Source of the DNA: an uncultured Spirochaetota bacterium
Lineage (GTDB): Bacteria; Spirochaetota; Brevinematia; Brevinematales; JAOACQ01
Assembly: GCA_963835575.1 (NCBI GenBank)
Contig: CAWIGG010000004.1
Coordinates: 992,001 to 1,056,000, forward strand
DNA length: 64,000 bases
Direction of reading: 5' to 3'
Below, piece after piece: positions 10,122 to 21,938 of this stretch. Each line of letters starts with the position of its first letter. The stretch's first letter is position 1. A program made the position numbers and the translations under genes. A model generated the notes under the pieces. It was not told the origin of the DNA. It saw only the letters and a list, made by a program, of their open reading frames with translations, and ran no database searches.

Positions 10122-10835
10122 ATGAAAAGTTTAGTCAAAAACGGCGTTATTTTTAAAGGCGGGAAAAGATACCTGTCTTTGATAGAAAAAAACGACCTCT
10201 TCAAGGCTTACGCGTTTGATGAGGCCTGCAAGATGGTCAAGACATTGGCCACAGCCAAGTTTGATGAATCGATAGACCTGAGCTATAAGCTCAATATCAA
10301 GCAGAAGCACACGATCCGCGATGTGGTTGTACTTCCGCATTCCATCGGGAAAAAGATACGGGTGCTTGTTTTCGCCGCGGGAGATAAGGCGGCGGAAGCC
10401 CAGCAGGCCGGCGCGGACTTTATCGGCGGGGAAGACCTTGTCGAAAAGATATCCCAGGGCTGGCTTGAATTTGACGCTGTGCTGGCGACGCCGGATATGA
10501 TGAAGATCCTGAGTAAAGTAGCCCCGATATTGGGCCGGCGTAAAATGATGCCGAACCCGAAAACCGGAACTGTTACAATGGATATAACCCGTGTCGTGAA
10601 AGAATCAAAAGCCGGAAAGGTCGAGATCCGGGCCGATAAAACCGGGAATGTTCATGTCGTAGTCGGCAAGAAATCTTTGTCCGATCAGGACCTCTTTGAA
10701 AACGCGTTTGCCATTCATAAAGTCCTGATAAAGAATAAGCCTGCGGATTTGAAAGGGGATTATATAAAAACCATGGCCCTGTCCTCAACGATGAGCCCCG
10801 CCGTTCAGGTGGATTTCAAAAAAATTGCCGTATAG
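10122..10835 (+). CDS. rplA: 50S ribosomal protein L1
   Basis: AKFDESID and MPNPKTGTVT motifs. Synteny. Confidence 0.97.
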   Translation: MKSLVKNGVIFKGGKRYLSLIEKNDLFKAYAFDEACKMVKTLATAKFDESIDLSYKLNIKQKHTIRDVVVLPHSIGKKIRVLVFAAGDKAAEAQQAGADFIGGEDLVEKISQGWLEFDAVLATPDMMKILSKVAPILGRRKMMPNPKTGTVTMDITRVVKESKAGKVEIRADKTGNVHVVVGKKSLSDQDLFENAFAIHKVLIKNKPADLKGDYIKTMALSSTMSPAVQVDFKKIAV

Positions 10836-10872
10836 AATCCCGGTTTAAAATTGAGTTATAAGGAAGGTTTGT

Positions 10873-11391
10873 ATGCCGAATCCAGAAAAAATAAAGTATG
10901 TGGAAGCGATAAAAGAGGACCTGAAAGGGATTGACGGCCTGGTGCTGGCCGATTTTAAAGGCCTGACTGTTCTGGAGCAGGATGATCTGAGAAAAAAAGT
11001 TGATAAGGAAGGCGGTTCGGCCAGGGTTATCAAAAACACGCTCTTAAAAAAGGCCTTTGATGATTCAAAGATCGAAGGCTTGAACGATTTCTTGATCAAC
11101 AACACCATCGTTTTTTCTTCAAAGACCGATATTATGCGGCTTCTTAAAATCGTCTCGGATTTTTCCAGACAGCATGACAAGTTTACGCTTAAGGGCGGTT
11201 ATCTTGACGGCAGGGCATATGATAAGGCCGGTGTTATCGTGATGGCCCAGATGCCTTCAAGGAAGGAATTGCTCGGTCAGATTGCCGGCAATATGTACGC
11301 GATGGTCGGGAATGTTGTCGGGGTACTGGACGCTATTGTGACCAAATTTGTTGGTACAGTTGAAGCGCTTGAAAAAAAGAAAGAAAACTAA
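10873..11391 (+). CDS. rplJ: 50S ribosomal protein L10
   Basis: DFKGLTV, VIKNTL and PSRKELL motifs. Synteny. Confidence 0.95.
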   Translation: MPNPEKIKYVEAIKEDLKGIDGLVLADFKGLTVLEQDDLRKKVDKEGGSARVIKNTLLKKAFDDSKIEGLNDFLINNTIVFSSKTDIMRLLKIVSDFSRQHDKFTLKGGYLDGRAYDKAGVIVMAQMPSRKELLGQIAGNMYAMVGNVVGVLDAIVTKFVGTVEALEKKKEN

Positions 11392-11420
11392 GCTTATAAA
11401 ATAATAGAAGGAGTACAAAT

Positions 11421-11807
11421 ATGGCTGAAAATAAGATTCAGGAAGTCATCGATTTAATTTCTAATATGACTGTATTAGAATTGAACGAACTCAGAAAGGC
11501 GATGGAAGAAAAGTTTGATGTAAAAGCGGCTGCTCCGATGGCCTTCGCGGCTCCTGCGGCCGGCGCCGGCGCTGCTCCTGCTGCGGAAGAAGCTTCTACG
11601 GTTTCTGTTTTCATTAAAGATGCAGGCGCCAAGAAGATTGAAGTAATTAAAGTTGTCAGAAATATTACAGGACTTGCTTTGAAAGAAGCGAAGGAACTGG
11701 CTGAAGGCGGCGGAAAGTCGGCTGTTAAGGAAAACATTTCCAAAGCGGACGGCGATAAGCTCAAAAAAGAGCTTGAAGAAGCCGGAGCTGTCGTTGAGGT
11801 TAAGTAA
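11421..11807 (+). CDS. rplL: 50S ribosomal protein L7/L12
   Basis: Ala-rich hinge and [20 protein letters not shown] motif. Confidence 0.97.
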   Translation: MAENKIQEVIDLISNMTVLELNELRKAMEEKFDVKAAAPMAFAAPAAGAGAAPAAEEASTVSVFIKDAGAKKIEVIKVVRNITGLALKEAKELAEGGGKSAVKENISKADGDKLKKELEEAGAVVEVK

Positions 11808-11866
11808 GCATTTCTTACCCATACTGTTTCATCTCTTATTTAATGTAGTCAAATGTTGAGTTGTAT

Positions 11867-11894
11867 CTTCCCCTTCTTATTAAGGAAGGGGAAG
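11867..11894 (+). terminator. Hairpin between rplL and rpoB (terminator/attenuator or REP-derived)
   Basis: cttccccttcttattaaggaaggggaag followed by a T-rich tract. Resembles the CCCCTCC-n-GGAGGGG repeat family. Confidence 0.55.
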
Positions 11895-11931
11895 TTGTGT
11901 TTATTTTATAAATAAGGCAGGGGAGTAATAT

Positions 11932-14900
11932 ATGGTAGTGAGTCAAGAAAGGATTACATTCGCGAAGAATAAAGACAGAGCGCCTCTTCCCGATCTGCTT
12001 GATATTCAATTAAGGTCCTTCAAAGATTTTCTCCAGATTGATAAAAAACCCACCCAGAGGGAAAGCAAAGGCCTGGAGCATGTTTTCAGGAGCTTTTTTC
12101 CCATCGAAGGCGCTAACGGCGAGATCATTATTGAATATGTCAGTTATGAAGTGGGCGCGTGCAAATATACGGAAGACGAGTGCTTCGATAAAAATCTGAC
12201 TTACAGCGTTCCCGTCAAGGCGATATTCCGTTTGATCGACAGGAAAACAGGCGAAATAAAGGAAAAAGATATATACATAGGCGATTTTCCCCTGATGACG
12301 AAGAGGGGGACATTTATTTTTAACGGCGCCGAACGGGTTGTCGTGAACCAGATCTATAAATCGCCCGGCGTTCTTTTCAGCTATAAAAACAAGGAATTTT
12401 CCTCAAAAATCGTGCCTGAGAAAGGTTCCTGGCTCGAATTTATTATAGACACGAAAAAGGACCTGATGTATGTCCGTATCGACTCGAGAAGAAAAGTCCT
12501 GGTTACCATGTTCCTCAGGGCCCTAGAGCTGAGCACGGCCGATATCATCAACGCATTTTTCAAAATCAGGAAGATTGACCTTTCCAGGATCGAGAAGGAT
12601 GAGGCCATCACGCGTCTGGTCGGCAAGTATGTGGCCGAGGACGTTCTGGACGAAGAGAATAATATTATGATAGGAGCTGTCGAAAAACTCTTCCCGAACA
12701 GCATCAACCAGCTCTATCAGAAAGGGAAGACGATCATTAAAATTATCGATCCCAAATCGGTCATAGAAAACAGGCCGCTCATCAATACCCTCGAAAAGGA
12801 TGACACCAAGGACGCTGTTAATAAGGCCATCAAAAAGATTTACAGCATTCTTCATCCCGGCGAAGCGGCGCCTCTTGAAAGCATCGTGAAGGAACTCCAT
12901 AATATGTTCTTCAGCCCCAAGATGTACGACCTGGGCGAAGTCGGCCGGTACAAACTGGTACTCAAGCTCTATCCCGAAATAACGCAGGACGAGAAGAACG
13001 CCCTGATCGAGCAGAGGACGCTGTCCTTTGAGGATATCAACAGGACGCTGTCGCATCTTGTCAAGGTTTATAATAAACAAACAAACCTGGACGATGTCGA
13101 TCATCTGGGCAATAGAAGGGTCCGGAACGTGAATGAGCTTCTTGTGAACCAATTGATCTCCGCTTTTACGAAAGTGGAAAAATCGATCCATGAAAAGCTT
13201 TCTTCAAGGGAAATAGAAGACCTGACGCCCCAGAGCATCATCGCGATCAAGCCCATTGTCTCGGCTTTGAATGATTTCTTCGGGATGAGCCAGCTTTCCC
13301 AGTTTATGGACCAGACGAACCCGATTTCCGAATTGACGCATAAAAGAAGGCTCTCTGCCCTCGGCCCCGGCGGCCTCTCAAGGGACAGGGCCGGATTTGA
13401 AGTCCGCGACGTTCATAATACGCATTACGGCAGGGTCTGCCCCATTGAAACGCCGGAAGGCCCGAACATCGGCCTGATTGTTTCTCTGGCGACATATGCT
13501 AATGTTAACAACTATGGATTTCTCGAAACCCCCTATGTGGTCATTAAGAACAGAAAAGTAACGGATGAGATCCGCTATCTATCGGCCACTGAAGAAGAAA
13601 ATTATTATATAGCCCAGGCCAACGCGAAGCTCAACGCCAAAGGCGAAATCGTGGAAGATTTTGTCCAGTCACGATATAAAGTGGAATTCGAGCTGGCCCC
13701 GAGCGATAAGATCCAGCTGATGGACGTTGCGCCGAAACAGATCCTTTCCGTATCGGCTTCCATTATTCCCTTTATCGAGCACGACGACGCCAACCGCGCC
13801 CTGATGGGCTCGAACATGCAGAGACAGGCTGTTCCTCTTCTTGCATCCGACGCGCCCATCGTGGGAACAGGTATGGAATATTATGTGGCGAGGGATTCAC
13901 GCGCTGTTGTTCTCTCCGAAGTGGACGGCAAAGTCTTAAAAGTGGATTCGCAGGCCATCACGGTCCATGAAAACCGTAAGGGCGACGTGACATATAATCT
14001 TGTCAAGTTCAGAAGGACCAATCAGGATACAAGCTTCAATCAGAAGCCGATCGTCGATGAGGGCGATATTGTCAAAAAAGGGACTGTCCTCGCGGACGGT
14101 TTCGCGAGCGCGGGCGGAGAACTGGCGCTGGGTAAAAATATCCTCGTCGCGTTCATGCCCTGGAACGGCTATAATTATGAAGATGCGGTGCTCATCAGCG
14201 AAAAACTTCTTAAAGATGATGATTTTACTTCCATATACACGACGGTTTTTGAATGTAAAGCCCTGGAAACCAAGCTGGGCAGCGAAGAGATAACCAATGA
14301 GATCCCCAATGTAGGCGAGGACGCCGTCAGGAACCTGGATGAAAACGGGATCATCCGCGTCGGGGCATATGTCAAACCCGGCGATATACTGGTCGGCAAA
14401 GTAACTCCGAAAGGCGAGCCGACGGAAACCCCTGAGTTCAGGCTTCTCCATGCCATCTTCGGCGAAAAGGCCAAGGACGTCAGGGACACATCGCTGCGCG
14501 TGCCGCATGGCGAAGGTGGCGTTGTCGTGGATGTCAAAGTGTTCAGCGCAGACAAGGGCGACGAGCTGGCGCCCGGAGTGCTCAAGCTTGTCAAAGTCTA
14601 TATGGCAAAGAAAAGAAAAATAAAACCCGGCGATAAAATCGCGGGACGCCATGGAAATAAAGGTGTCATTTCCCGCGTTCTGGCGGAAGAGGATATGCCT
14701 TATCTGCCTGACGGGACGCCGGTTGATATCGTATTGAACCCTCTCGGCGTGCCGAGTAGAATGAATATCGGCCAGCTTTTTGACAGCCTTCTGGGACTGG
14801 CGGGCTGGAAACTGGGCGTGCAGTATGAATGCCCCGTTTTCGAAGGCGCGACACTGGAAGAAATTGAAAAGCAGCTCGAACTGGCCAATGATAAAACGAA

Positions 14901-15462
14901 AAAGGAAATCATAAAGGAAAGGAAGAATTACGGCGAATCGGACAGGGAAATACACCGCTATTATGAAAGGATCAAGCTTCAGAAAGACGGCAAATTCCTG
15001 GTCAGGGACGGCAAAACGGGCGACTTATTTGAAAAGCCCGTGTTTGTCGGCGTGATGTACATTATGAAGCTGCACCATATGGTGGATGATAAGATACACG
15101 CGCGCTCCGTCGGCCCGTACTCGCTTGTGACCCAGCAGCCGCTGAGAGGAAAGGCGAACTTCGGAGGGCAGAGGCTCGGCGAAATGGAAGTCTGGGCGCT
15201 GGAAGCTTACGGCGCGGCGAACCTTTTACAAGAGATGCTGACAATAAAATCGGATGATACGGACGGAAGGGTGAGGATTTACGAAGGCGTCATCAAGGGC
15301 AAGTACACGGCTTCGCCCGGTATTCCGGAATCGTTCAATGTGCTGGTCCAGGAACTCCGCGGTCTGGCGCTGGACATCCAGGTTTATGACAAGAACGGAA
15401 AAAGGGTCCCTCTGAACGATAAGGAAAAAGAATTGATCGATATGAAGGTGCATTTAATATAA
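11932..15462 (+). CDS. rpoB: DNA-directed RNA polymerase subunit beta
   Basis: SQFMDQTN, GRVCPIETPEGPNIG, GDKIAGRHGNKG and GGQRLGEME motifs. Confidence 0.99.
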   Translation: MVVSQERITFAKNKDRAPLPDLLDIQLRSFKDFLQIDKKPTQRESKGLEHVFRSFFPIEGANGEIIIEYVSYEVGACKYTEDECFDKNLTYSVPVKAIFRLIDRKTGEIKEKDIYIGDFPLMTKRGTFIFNGAERVVVNQIYKSPGVLFSYKNKEFSSKIVPEKGSWLEFIIDTKKDLMYVRIDSRRKVLVTMFLRALELSTADIINAFFKIRKIDLSRIEKDEAITRLVGKYVAEDVLDEENNIMIGAVEKLFPNSINQLYQKGKTIIKIIDPKSVIENRPLINTLEKDDTKDAVNKAIKKIYSILHPGEAAPLESIVKELHNMFFSPKMYDLGEVGRYKLVLKLYPEITQDEKNALIEQRTLSFEDINRTLSHLVKVYNKQTNLDDVDHLGNRRVRNVNELLVNQLISAFTKVEKSIHEKLSSREIEDLTPQSIIAIKPIVSALNDFFGMSQLSQFMDQTNPISELTHKRRLSALGPGGLSRDRAGFEVRDVHNTHYGRVCPIETPEGPNIGLIVSLATYANVNNYGFLETPYVVIKNRKVTDEIRYLSATEEENYYIAQANAKLNAKGEIVEDFVQSRYKVEFELAPSDKIQLMDVAPKQILSVSASIIPFIEHDDANRALMGSNMQRQAVPLLASDAPIVGTGMEYYVARDSRAVVLSEVDGKVLKVDSQAITVHENRKGDVTYNLVKFRRTNQDTSFNQKPIVDEGDIVKKGTVLADGFASAGGELALGKNILVAFMPWNGYNYEDAVLISEKLLKDDDFTSIYTTVFECKALETKLGSEEITNEIPNVGEDAVRNLDENGIIRVGAYVKPGDILVGKVTPKGEPTETPEFRLLHAIFGEKAKDVRDTSLRVPHGEGGVVVDVKVFSADKGDELAPGVLKLVKVYMAKKRKIKPGDKIAGRHGNKGVISRVLAEEDMPYLPDGTPVDIVLNPLGVPSRMNIGQLFDSLLGLAGWKLGVQYECPVFEGATLEEIEKQLELANDKTKKEIIKERKNYGESDREIHRYYERIKLQKDGKFLVRDGKTGDLFEKPVFVGVMYIMKLHHMVDDKIHARSVGPYSLVTQQPLRGKANFGGQRLGEMEVWALEAYGAANLLQEMLTIKSDDTDGRVRIYEGVIKGKYTASPGIPESFNVLVQELRGLALDIQVYDKNGKRVPLNDKEKELIDMKVHLI

Positions 15463-15466
15463 TACA

Positions 15467-15500
15467 CCGGTAGAGACGTTGCATGCAACGTCTCTACCGG
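15467..15500. repeat. Perfect 34-bp palindrome of the GTAGAGACG REP-like family
   Basis: ccggtagagacgttgcatgcaacgtctctaccgg, between rpoB and rpoC. Confidence 0.85.
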
Positions 15501-15528
15501 GACAACATTAAAATAAAAGGAGATAAAC

Positions 15529-18500
15529 ATGAAGGGATCGACCAGTTTTGGAGCGATATCCATTCAGCTTGCTTCTTCTGAACTTATCAAGAGTCTATCC
15601 TACGGCGAGGTCAAGAAGCCGGAAACAATAAATTACAGAACGCTCAGGCCCGAGCGGGAAGGCCTTTTCTGTGAAAAGATCTTCGGACCGACAAAGGACT
15701 ATGAATGTTCGTGCGGGAAATTCCGCTCCATCCGCTACAAGGGCATTGTCTGCGACAAGTGCGGCGTGGAAGTGACGGAAGCGAAGGTCAGGCGCTACAG
15801 GACAGGCCATATCGAGCTGGCTGCGCCGGTGGCCCATATCTGGTACTACAGGATTGTGCCGAGCAAGATCGCCCTTCTCCTTGAAGTCGCTCCCGCGGAT
15901 ATCCAGAGCATCCTTTATTTTGAAAAGTATATTGTCATCGATCCGGGCGAGACGGACCTGGAACAGAACCAGGTGCTGACGGACGAGGAATTTGAGGAAT
16001 ACAAGGAGAAATATAAAGAGGCTTTTACGGCCGACACGGGGGCCGTGGCCATTAAAAAGATCTTAAAGAACCTCGATCTGGACGTCCTGATCGATATGCT
16101 TCGCAATCATGTGGACAGCAAACTGAAAGTGGACAAAAAGGTATTAAAGAGGCTGGAGCTTGCCGAGGAGATCCGGAAGTCCAATAATAAGCCCGAATGG
16201 GTGGTACTGGACATTATTCCCGTCATTCCGCCGGATTTAAGGCCGATGGTTCCGCTGGACGGGGGACGGTTCGCCACTTCCGACATTAATGATTTATATA
16301 GAAGGCTCATCAACAGGAATAACCGTTTGAGGAAACTCAAATCGGTTAACGCGCCCGATATCATCATCAAGAATGAAATGAGAATGGTCCAGGACGCCGT
16401 TGATTCGCTTTTTGATAATTCAAGGCGCTCACACCCCGTGACGGGGAACGGCGACAGGCCGCTCAAATCACTGTCCGACATATTGAAAGGAAAACAGGGG
16501 CGTTTCAGACAGAACCTTCTCGGAAAGAGAGTGGACTACTCCGGACGTTCCGTTATTATAGTAGGCCCGAACCTCAAGCTGCACCAGTGCGGCCTGCCGA
16601 AACTGATGGCGCTTGAGCTTTTCAAGCCCTTTGTCATGCGCGGGCTGGTCGAGCAGGGTTACGCTCATAATATCAAAGCCGCCAAGCGGATGATCGAAAC
16701 GGAGCATGAACTGGTATGGGGAATTCTGGAGAATGTCGTCAAAGGGCATCCGGTGCTGTTAAACCGCGCTCCGACGCTCCACAGGCTCGGCATCCAGGCC
16801 TTTGAGCCGATCCTGATCGAAGAAAAAGCCATTCAGCTTCATCCCCTTGTCTGTCATGCCTACAACGCGGACTTCGACGGCGACCAGATGGCGGTCCATG
16901 TCCCTCTGACGCCTGAAGCCCAGATCGAGGCGTGGCTTTTGATGCTTTCATCGAGGAACCTGCTGAACCCGGCAAACGGAAAACCGATCGTCTATCCGAC
17001 GCAGGACATGGTGCTCGGGATTTACTACCTGACAAAACCGGAAGGCGATGTCCCGAAACGGTACAAGCATTTTGACAATATAGAGGAAATATTTCTGGCC
17101 ATTGAAACAAGAAACGCGCAGTATAACCAGAGGATAAAATTTAAAAAGAACGGCAAATGGATAGAAACGACATACGGCAGGGTGATCTTTAATGAAGTTA
17201 TTCCCGCACAGATGGAATTTATCAACGACACGCTGACAAGCAAGAAAATAGAAAATCTGATCGCCGCCTGCTACAAACTTTATGGGATCAAGGAAACAGC
17301 GCAATTGGTGGACGATCTGAAAACACTCGGGTTCAAATATTCGACAATTTACGGCGTGACCATTTCCGTATCGGATGTGGAAATTCCGGAAGAGAAGTAT
17401 GAGATCGTTGAGAAGACCGAGAAAGAAGTGGAAAAGACGGAAGACAACGCCCGGAAGGGTTTGATCACGCATGATGAAAAATACAACCAGGTGATCGACC
17501 TCTGGGCCAGCGCCAACGAAAAAGTAAAAAAGCTGGTCGAGGCGAAATTGAAGGAAAGCGACAAAGGCTTCAATTCGCTTTACGCGATGATGGACTCCGG
17601 CGCGAGAGGCTCGAGGGAACAGATCCGCCAGCTGGCGGGAATGAGAGGCTTGATGGCAAAACCGTCGGGCGAAATCATCGAGCTTGCCATTAAATCGAAT
17701 TTTAAAGAAGGGCTTTCCGTGCTTGAGTACTTTATCTCGAGCCACGGCGCGAGAAAGGGTCTGGCCGATACGGCTCTCAAGACGGCGGACGCCGGCTACC
17801 TGACAAGAAAGCTGGTTGATATCTCGCAGGATGTCGTGGTCACGGAAACAGACTGCGGCACTGTCAAGGGTATTGATATTTCCTCGATAAAGGAAGGCGA
17901 CGAAGTGATCAAGCCTTTAAAGGAAAGGATCCTCGGACAGACTGTCGTGTCGAATATTTACGACCCGCGCAACGGTAATCTGCTTGTTCAGGCCAATGAT
18001 CTGCTTGATGAGGAAAAGACCAAACTGATAGAAGATTCGGGGATTGAAACAATAAAGATCCGCAGCGTGCTGACATGCGAAGCGGCACATGGCGTATGCG
18101 GAAAATGCTACGGCTGGGACCTCTCCGCGCGTTCGCTTGTGAATATCGGCGAAGCCGTGGGAATCATAGCGGCGGAATCGATCGGCCAGCCCGGCACACA
18201 GCTGACGATGAGAACATTCCATATCGGCGGTACGGCGGCGACGCAGCTTGAGGAAAGCGAATTGAAGCTGACTTACGATTCCTATATTGTCGACCTGCCC
18301 GAAAACCTTATTTCCAAGGAAATGGACGGGCTTGAAAAAGTGATCGTTCCCAGGAAGTCTTATGTCAGGGTCAGGAAGATCGTCCAGGTATTCAACAGGG
18401 CGGACATTGACAATAAGAAGGAACTGCCGTCGCTCAACGGCAAGGAATTCCTCAGCGAAAAAACCGTTTTTGTTTTAAAAGACGGGACCGAGGTGAAATT

Positions 18501-19611
18501 CGGAAAGAAAATCTTTGTCGTCATCAAGGACAAGGATGTTTATATACTGGAAAGCTCTATAAATGAATATCCCGTAAAGATCGGCTCGTTCATCTATGTC
18601 AAGCAGGGGCAGGTGGTGAAAAAAGGCGAGAAGATCGCCGACTTTGACCCGTATAACGAAGTATTCATCAGCGAGCATGACGGTATTGTCGGGTTCGCCA
18701 TGGAAAAATCCGGCGAAGAGGAAGAAAAGAATAAAAATATTCTGGTCATCTATAGCGATAAAAAGAAAGAATTGGAAAGGTTCGTTCTAGTCCACGGTAC
18801 AGCGCTGGCCGTTCCCGAAGGGGACAAGGTCCGCCGCGGCGATATCGTGGCGAGAAGGCCTGTGGCCAAGAGAAGAACAAGAGACATCATCGGCGGTCTG
18901 CCGCGCGTGACGGAACTGTTTGAATCGAGGAAGCCGAAAAACATCGCGGTCATCTCTAAGATCAACGGTATCGTGGAAGATATCGAGCAGAAGAAGGGAA
19001 AATACATCATTCTGATAAAGGGCAGCAACGGCATAAGCTTCTCGCATGTCGTGCCGACGGGCAAGAACATCTTCGTGAGGATCGGCGACAAAGTCCAGGC
19101 GGGAGAATCGATCTGCGACGGCGTCGTCAGCTCGCATGACATCCTGAAGGTCCTCGGCTATACGAAAGTGAACGAATTCCTTCTGAACGAGATCCAGTCC
19201 GTTTACCGCCTGCAGGGCGTGGACATCAACGAAAAGCACATCAGCGTGATCATCCGCCAGATGCTCAAAAAGGTTGAGGTAGTCAACCCCGGCGATACGG
19301 AATTCATCACCGGTCAAAATATCGACAAGAGCAAGTTCTACAAGGAAAACGAAAAGATCTCCAGCCAGGGCGGCCAGGCCGCGAAGGCGCGTCCGATCCT
19401 GATGGGCCTCACCAAGGCCTCGCTCTTTACCGAAAGCTTCCTTTCGGCCGCGTCGTTCCAGGAAACGCCCCGGGTGCTCTCGAGCGCCGCTTTGAAGAGC
19501 GCGAGGGACAAGCTCGAAGGCCTGAAGGAAAACCTCGTGATCGGCCAGCTCATCCCGGCCGGCACGGGCATCAAGAACTACCAGGGAGTCAAGATCAAGA
19601 TACCGGATTGA
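15529..19611 (+). CDS. rpoC: DNA-directed RNA polymerase subunit beta'
   Basis: [17 protein letters not shown] and TQLTMRTFH motifs. Confidence 0.99.
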   Translation: MKGSTSFGAISIQLASSELIKSLSYGEVKKPETINYRTLRPEREGLFCEKIFGPTKDYECSCGKFRSIRYKGIVCDKCGVEVTEAKVRRYRTGHIELAAPVAHIWYYRIVPSKIALLLEVAPADIQSILYFEKYIVIDPGETDLEQNQVLTDEEFEEYKEKYKEAFTADTGAVAIKKILKNLDLDVLIDMLRNHVDSKLKVDKKVLKRLELAEEIRKSNNKPEWVVLDIIPVIPPDLRPMVPLDGGRFATSDINDLYRRLINRNNRLRKLKSVNAPDIIIKNEMRMVQDAVDSLFDNSRRSHPVTGNGDRPLKSLSDILKGKQGRFRQNLLGKRVDYSGRSVIIVGPNLKLHQCGLPKLMALELFKPFVMRGLVEQGYAHNIKAAKRMIETEHELVWGILENVVKGHPVLLNRAPTLHRLGIQAFEPILIEEKAIQLHPLVCHAYNADFDGDQMAVHVPLTPEAQIEAWLLMLSSRNLLNPANGKPIVYPTQDMVLGIYYLTKPEGDVPKRYKHFDNIEEIFLAIETRNAQYNQRIKFKKNGKWIETTYGRVIFNEVIPAQMEFINDTLTSKKIENLIAACYKLYGIKETAQLVDDLKTLGFKYSTIYGVTISVSDVEIPEEKYEIVEKTEKEVEKTEDNARKGLITHDEKYNQVIDLWASANEKVKKLVEAKLKESDKGFNSLYAMMDSGARGSREQIRQLAGMRGLMAKPSGEIIELAIKSNFKEGLSVLEYFISSHGARKGLADTALKTADAGYLTRKLVDISQDVVVTETDCGTVKGIDISSIKEGDEVIKPLKERILGQTVVSNIYDPRNGNLLVQANDLLDEEKTKLIEDSGIETIKIRSVLTCEAAHGVCGKCYGWDLSARSLVNIGEAVGIIAAESIGQPGTQLTMRTFHIGGTAATQLEESELKLTYDSYIVDLPENLISKEMDGLEKVIVPRKSYVRVRKIVQVFNRADIDNKKELPSLNGKEFLSEKTVFVLKDGTEVKFGKKIFVVIKDKDVYILESSINEYPVKIGSFIYVKQGQVVKKGEKIADFDPYNEVFISEHDGIVGFAMEKSGEEEEKNKNILVIYSDKKKELERFVLVHGTALAVPEGDKVRRGDIVARRPVAKRRTRDIIGGLPRVTELFESRKPKNIAVISKINGIVEDIEQKKGKYIILIKGSNGISFSHVVPTGKNIFVRIGDKVQAGESICDGVVSSHDILKVLGYTKVNEFLLNEIQSVYRLQGVDINEKHISVIIRQMLKKVEVVNPGDTEFITGQNIDKSKFYKENEKISSQGGQAAKARPILMGLTKASLFTESFLSAASFQETPRVLSSAALKSARDKLEGLKENLVIGQLIPAGTGIKNYQGVKIKIPD

Positions 19612-19620
19612 TTGGGTTTC

Positions 19621-19695
19621 ACCACGAAGACACGAAGAACACGAAGAAACACCAACAGGGTAGCACGCGAATTCATGCGAATAGACGCGAATAAG
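19621..19695. repeat. CACGAAG and CACGCGAAT repeat blocks (same families as 3671-3770)
   Basis: accacgaagacacgaagaacacgaag and cacgcgaattcatgcgaatagacgcgaat. Confidence 0.65.
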
Positions 19696-19816
19696 AAAGA
19701 ATGGAGAGGTTTAACAGGAAGGCGGGAAGAATTCTTATGTTATATATAAATTTACAGGGACGCTGAATGAAGCGTCCCTGATCTGCGTACGGGGGAATAT
19801 AAATTTTGCGGATCAA

Positions 19817-20152
19817 TTATTGATTTTTATAAAAGATGAAAAATGTGTAGAAGCTGTTCCCTCTTGGAATATCGGCGCAGTAGGCTGTTTTCAATTCATA
19901 GCCTTTAGAGGCCATATCCAGTAATAATTTTGTAACGGAGACATATTTTATAGTCTCTCTTTTCGCAATACCGTAATCAATTTCCGCTTCTCCGGACATT
20001 TGATAGACACCCATAGAGCCAAGCCCGGCAAAGTCATGATTAAATTTAACTATGCATATTTTGCTTTCACCGTCTGCAGAGAGCATAATTAAAGGGAATA
20101 ACGTTAATATGCATGCCAGGACCACAACTCTTAAAATAGATTTTTGACTCAT
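19817..20152 (-). CDS. Small secreted hypothetical protein
   Basis: 111-aa ORF with a hydrophobic N-terminal signal-like segment and an AGGAGG RBS. Confidence 0.6.
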   Translation of the reverse strand: MSQKSILRVVVLACILTLFPLIMLSADGESKICIVKFNHDFAGLGSMGVYQMSGEAEIDYGIAKRETIKYVSVTKLLLDMASKGYELKTAYCADIPRGNSFYTFFIFYKNQ

Positions 20153-20707
20153 TTTATTCCTCCTAAAGTATTTTCCTGTTTTAGAATAAATTTTACTCTA
20201 ACAAGCTGGATATCATTTTCGCAGCAGTCAAATTTGTTATCGGAAAGACATAAAATCCATCGGGTATTCCTAACCGTTAACTTTAATCAGCTTCCCGGGA
20301 TTTTTGAATTGTTGTAACTTAATGTATATAATACTCCGAAGATCCGGATATTTTGCAAATTAAAAAAATATTTTTATAATTCATAAATGATTTCTGTAAT
20401 TAAAATTTGACCATGCGTCTTCCCCTGCAGGCTGCCTCCTGCGGTGTTACCTTTATGGGTACGCTTCGGCAAGCTGCGCATCAGTGCGGGTCACGCCGCA
20501 GGCAAAAAGAAAGGACTGGGTGTTCGATTATTATCTGAAAAAAGAGGAACGGCAGTTATCGGTTGGCTATTAGCGGTTAGCAGGAAACGGATGGAAGCTG
20601 ATGGCTAGAAGCTGACAGCTAAAAGCTATATGTGGTGTTCGACTATTATCTGAAAAAAGGAGACTAGCCGTTAGCTGTCGGCAATTAATTTTCAGCAGCT
20701 TTTTATT

Positions 20708-20736
20708 TGACAATATAACCAAATGGTTATATTGTT
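20708..20736 (+). promoter_or_regulatory. TA promoter with palindromic operator
   Basis: TTGACA overlapping the inverted repeat acaatataacc-aaat-ggttatattgt. A paralogous site is at ~62519. Confidence 0.7.
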
Positions 20737-20751
20737 TATAAAGGATAAGAT

Positions 20752-21105
20752 ATGAAAGTCAAATTTTATATTAATTCCGCCGGGAAATTTCCTGTGCTGG
20801 ATTCTATTAATGTGTTGGGCAAAGAGGATCAAGTAAAGATCATTGGTTGTCTTGAAAATATTCAGCAATTAGGCTTTAACTGTCCCCGCGTAGAATTCAG
20901 GCAGATTGAAGGCAAACTCTGGGAAATTAAAATCAGGATCCAAAGCGGCGGTTATAGAATTTTTTATTTATCTATTAATAAAGATATAATTGTGTTATTG
21001 CATATGTTTAAGAAGCAGGGGCAAAAAACACCGGCAAAAGATATAAAAACAGCCATGAATCGTTTAAAGGAGGTGATTGATAATGAAGCCGATTACATTA
21101 GATGA
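20752..21105 (+). CDS. Type II TA toxin, RelE/ParE (HigB/Gp49-like) family
   Basis: LWEIKI..GGYRIFY...LLHMFKKQGQKTP motif. Toxin-first order. Confidence 0.88.
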   Translation: MKVKFYINSAGKFPVLDSINVLGKEDQVKIIGCLENIQQLGFNCPRVEFRQIEGKLWEIKIRIQSGGYRIFYLSINKDIIVLLHMFKKQGQKTPAKDIKTAMNRLKEVIDNEADYIR

Positions 21106-21382
21106 AGTCATCCGGGAGAATTTAAAAAATGAAGAATTTGCCATTTTATATGAAAAAGAAAAAATAATAAACAAAATAGCCTGCGCGGTTGTGGACATGA
21201 GGCAGAGACAGGGATTAACTCAGGAAGAATTGGCTGAAAAGGCCAATACATCGCAGCCGGTTATCGCAAGGCTGGAAAGGGGAGCCGATTCAAGAATCCC
21301 GTCATTAGAACTATTAGGCCGTATTGCGCATGCTCTTGGTAAAGAAATAGTCATAGATTTTAAAACTACTTCACAGCATTAG
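21083..21382 (+). CDS. XRE-family HTH antitoxin
   Basis: GLTQEELAEKANTSQPVIARLE. Overlaps the toxin 3' end, with AGGAGG RBS. Confidence 0.88.
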   Translation: MKPITLDEVIRENLKNEEFAILYEKEKIINKIACAVVDMRQRQGLTQEELAEKANTSQPVIARLERGADSRIPSLELLGRIAHALGKEIVIDFKTTSQH

Positions 21383-21938
21383 TAATTATTCATTAGTCAT
21401 TAAGCTTTACTTGTCCTATGGAAATATTAATTTTGACTGAAGAAATAGAGGTTAGCTGATAGCTGTTGGCTATTAGCGGTTAGCAGGAAACGGTTGGAAG
21501 CTGACAGCTAATAGCTAATTGTTCCCTCCGTTCCCGAGGCCATTTTCCTCCTGGCTTAAATCTGCAAATAAAACATCTCAATTTCAAGGCGTGTTATCCG
21601 CTATTATAATAGAAGACTGAAGTACATGTTTTTGACACGGATGTCAAAACCGACGCATAAAGTCATTGGACGGCGAGATAAGGAGGCTATTTCAATGAGG
21701 GATCGTTTTATAAAACCGGATAACACACATCCATACAAACAGACAGCTTAGTATGAAAATGGCCTCGACCTGTTTTCTTTCTTTAGCGCGATATTTCTTT
21801 CTTTTCGAAAAGAAAGAAATATCGTGATCCCCGATTGCCGGTCGTGGCAAAATAGTTGCCGCCGTTGCCTGTCGGTTTTTATAACATGCTTCATGGACAT
21901 ACGGCAGGGTTCCCGTTAAAATAAAACGGGAGAAAAAG

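Noticed and set aside
21629..21660. ttttgacacggatgtcaaaa palindrome as an IS end or dif site
   Set aside because: No convincing matching end downstream of the transposase, and the spacing does not fit a 28-bp dif.
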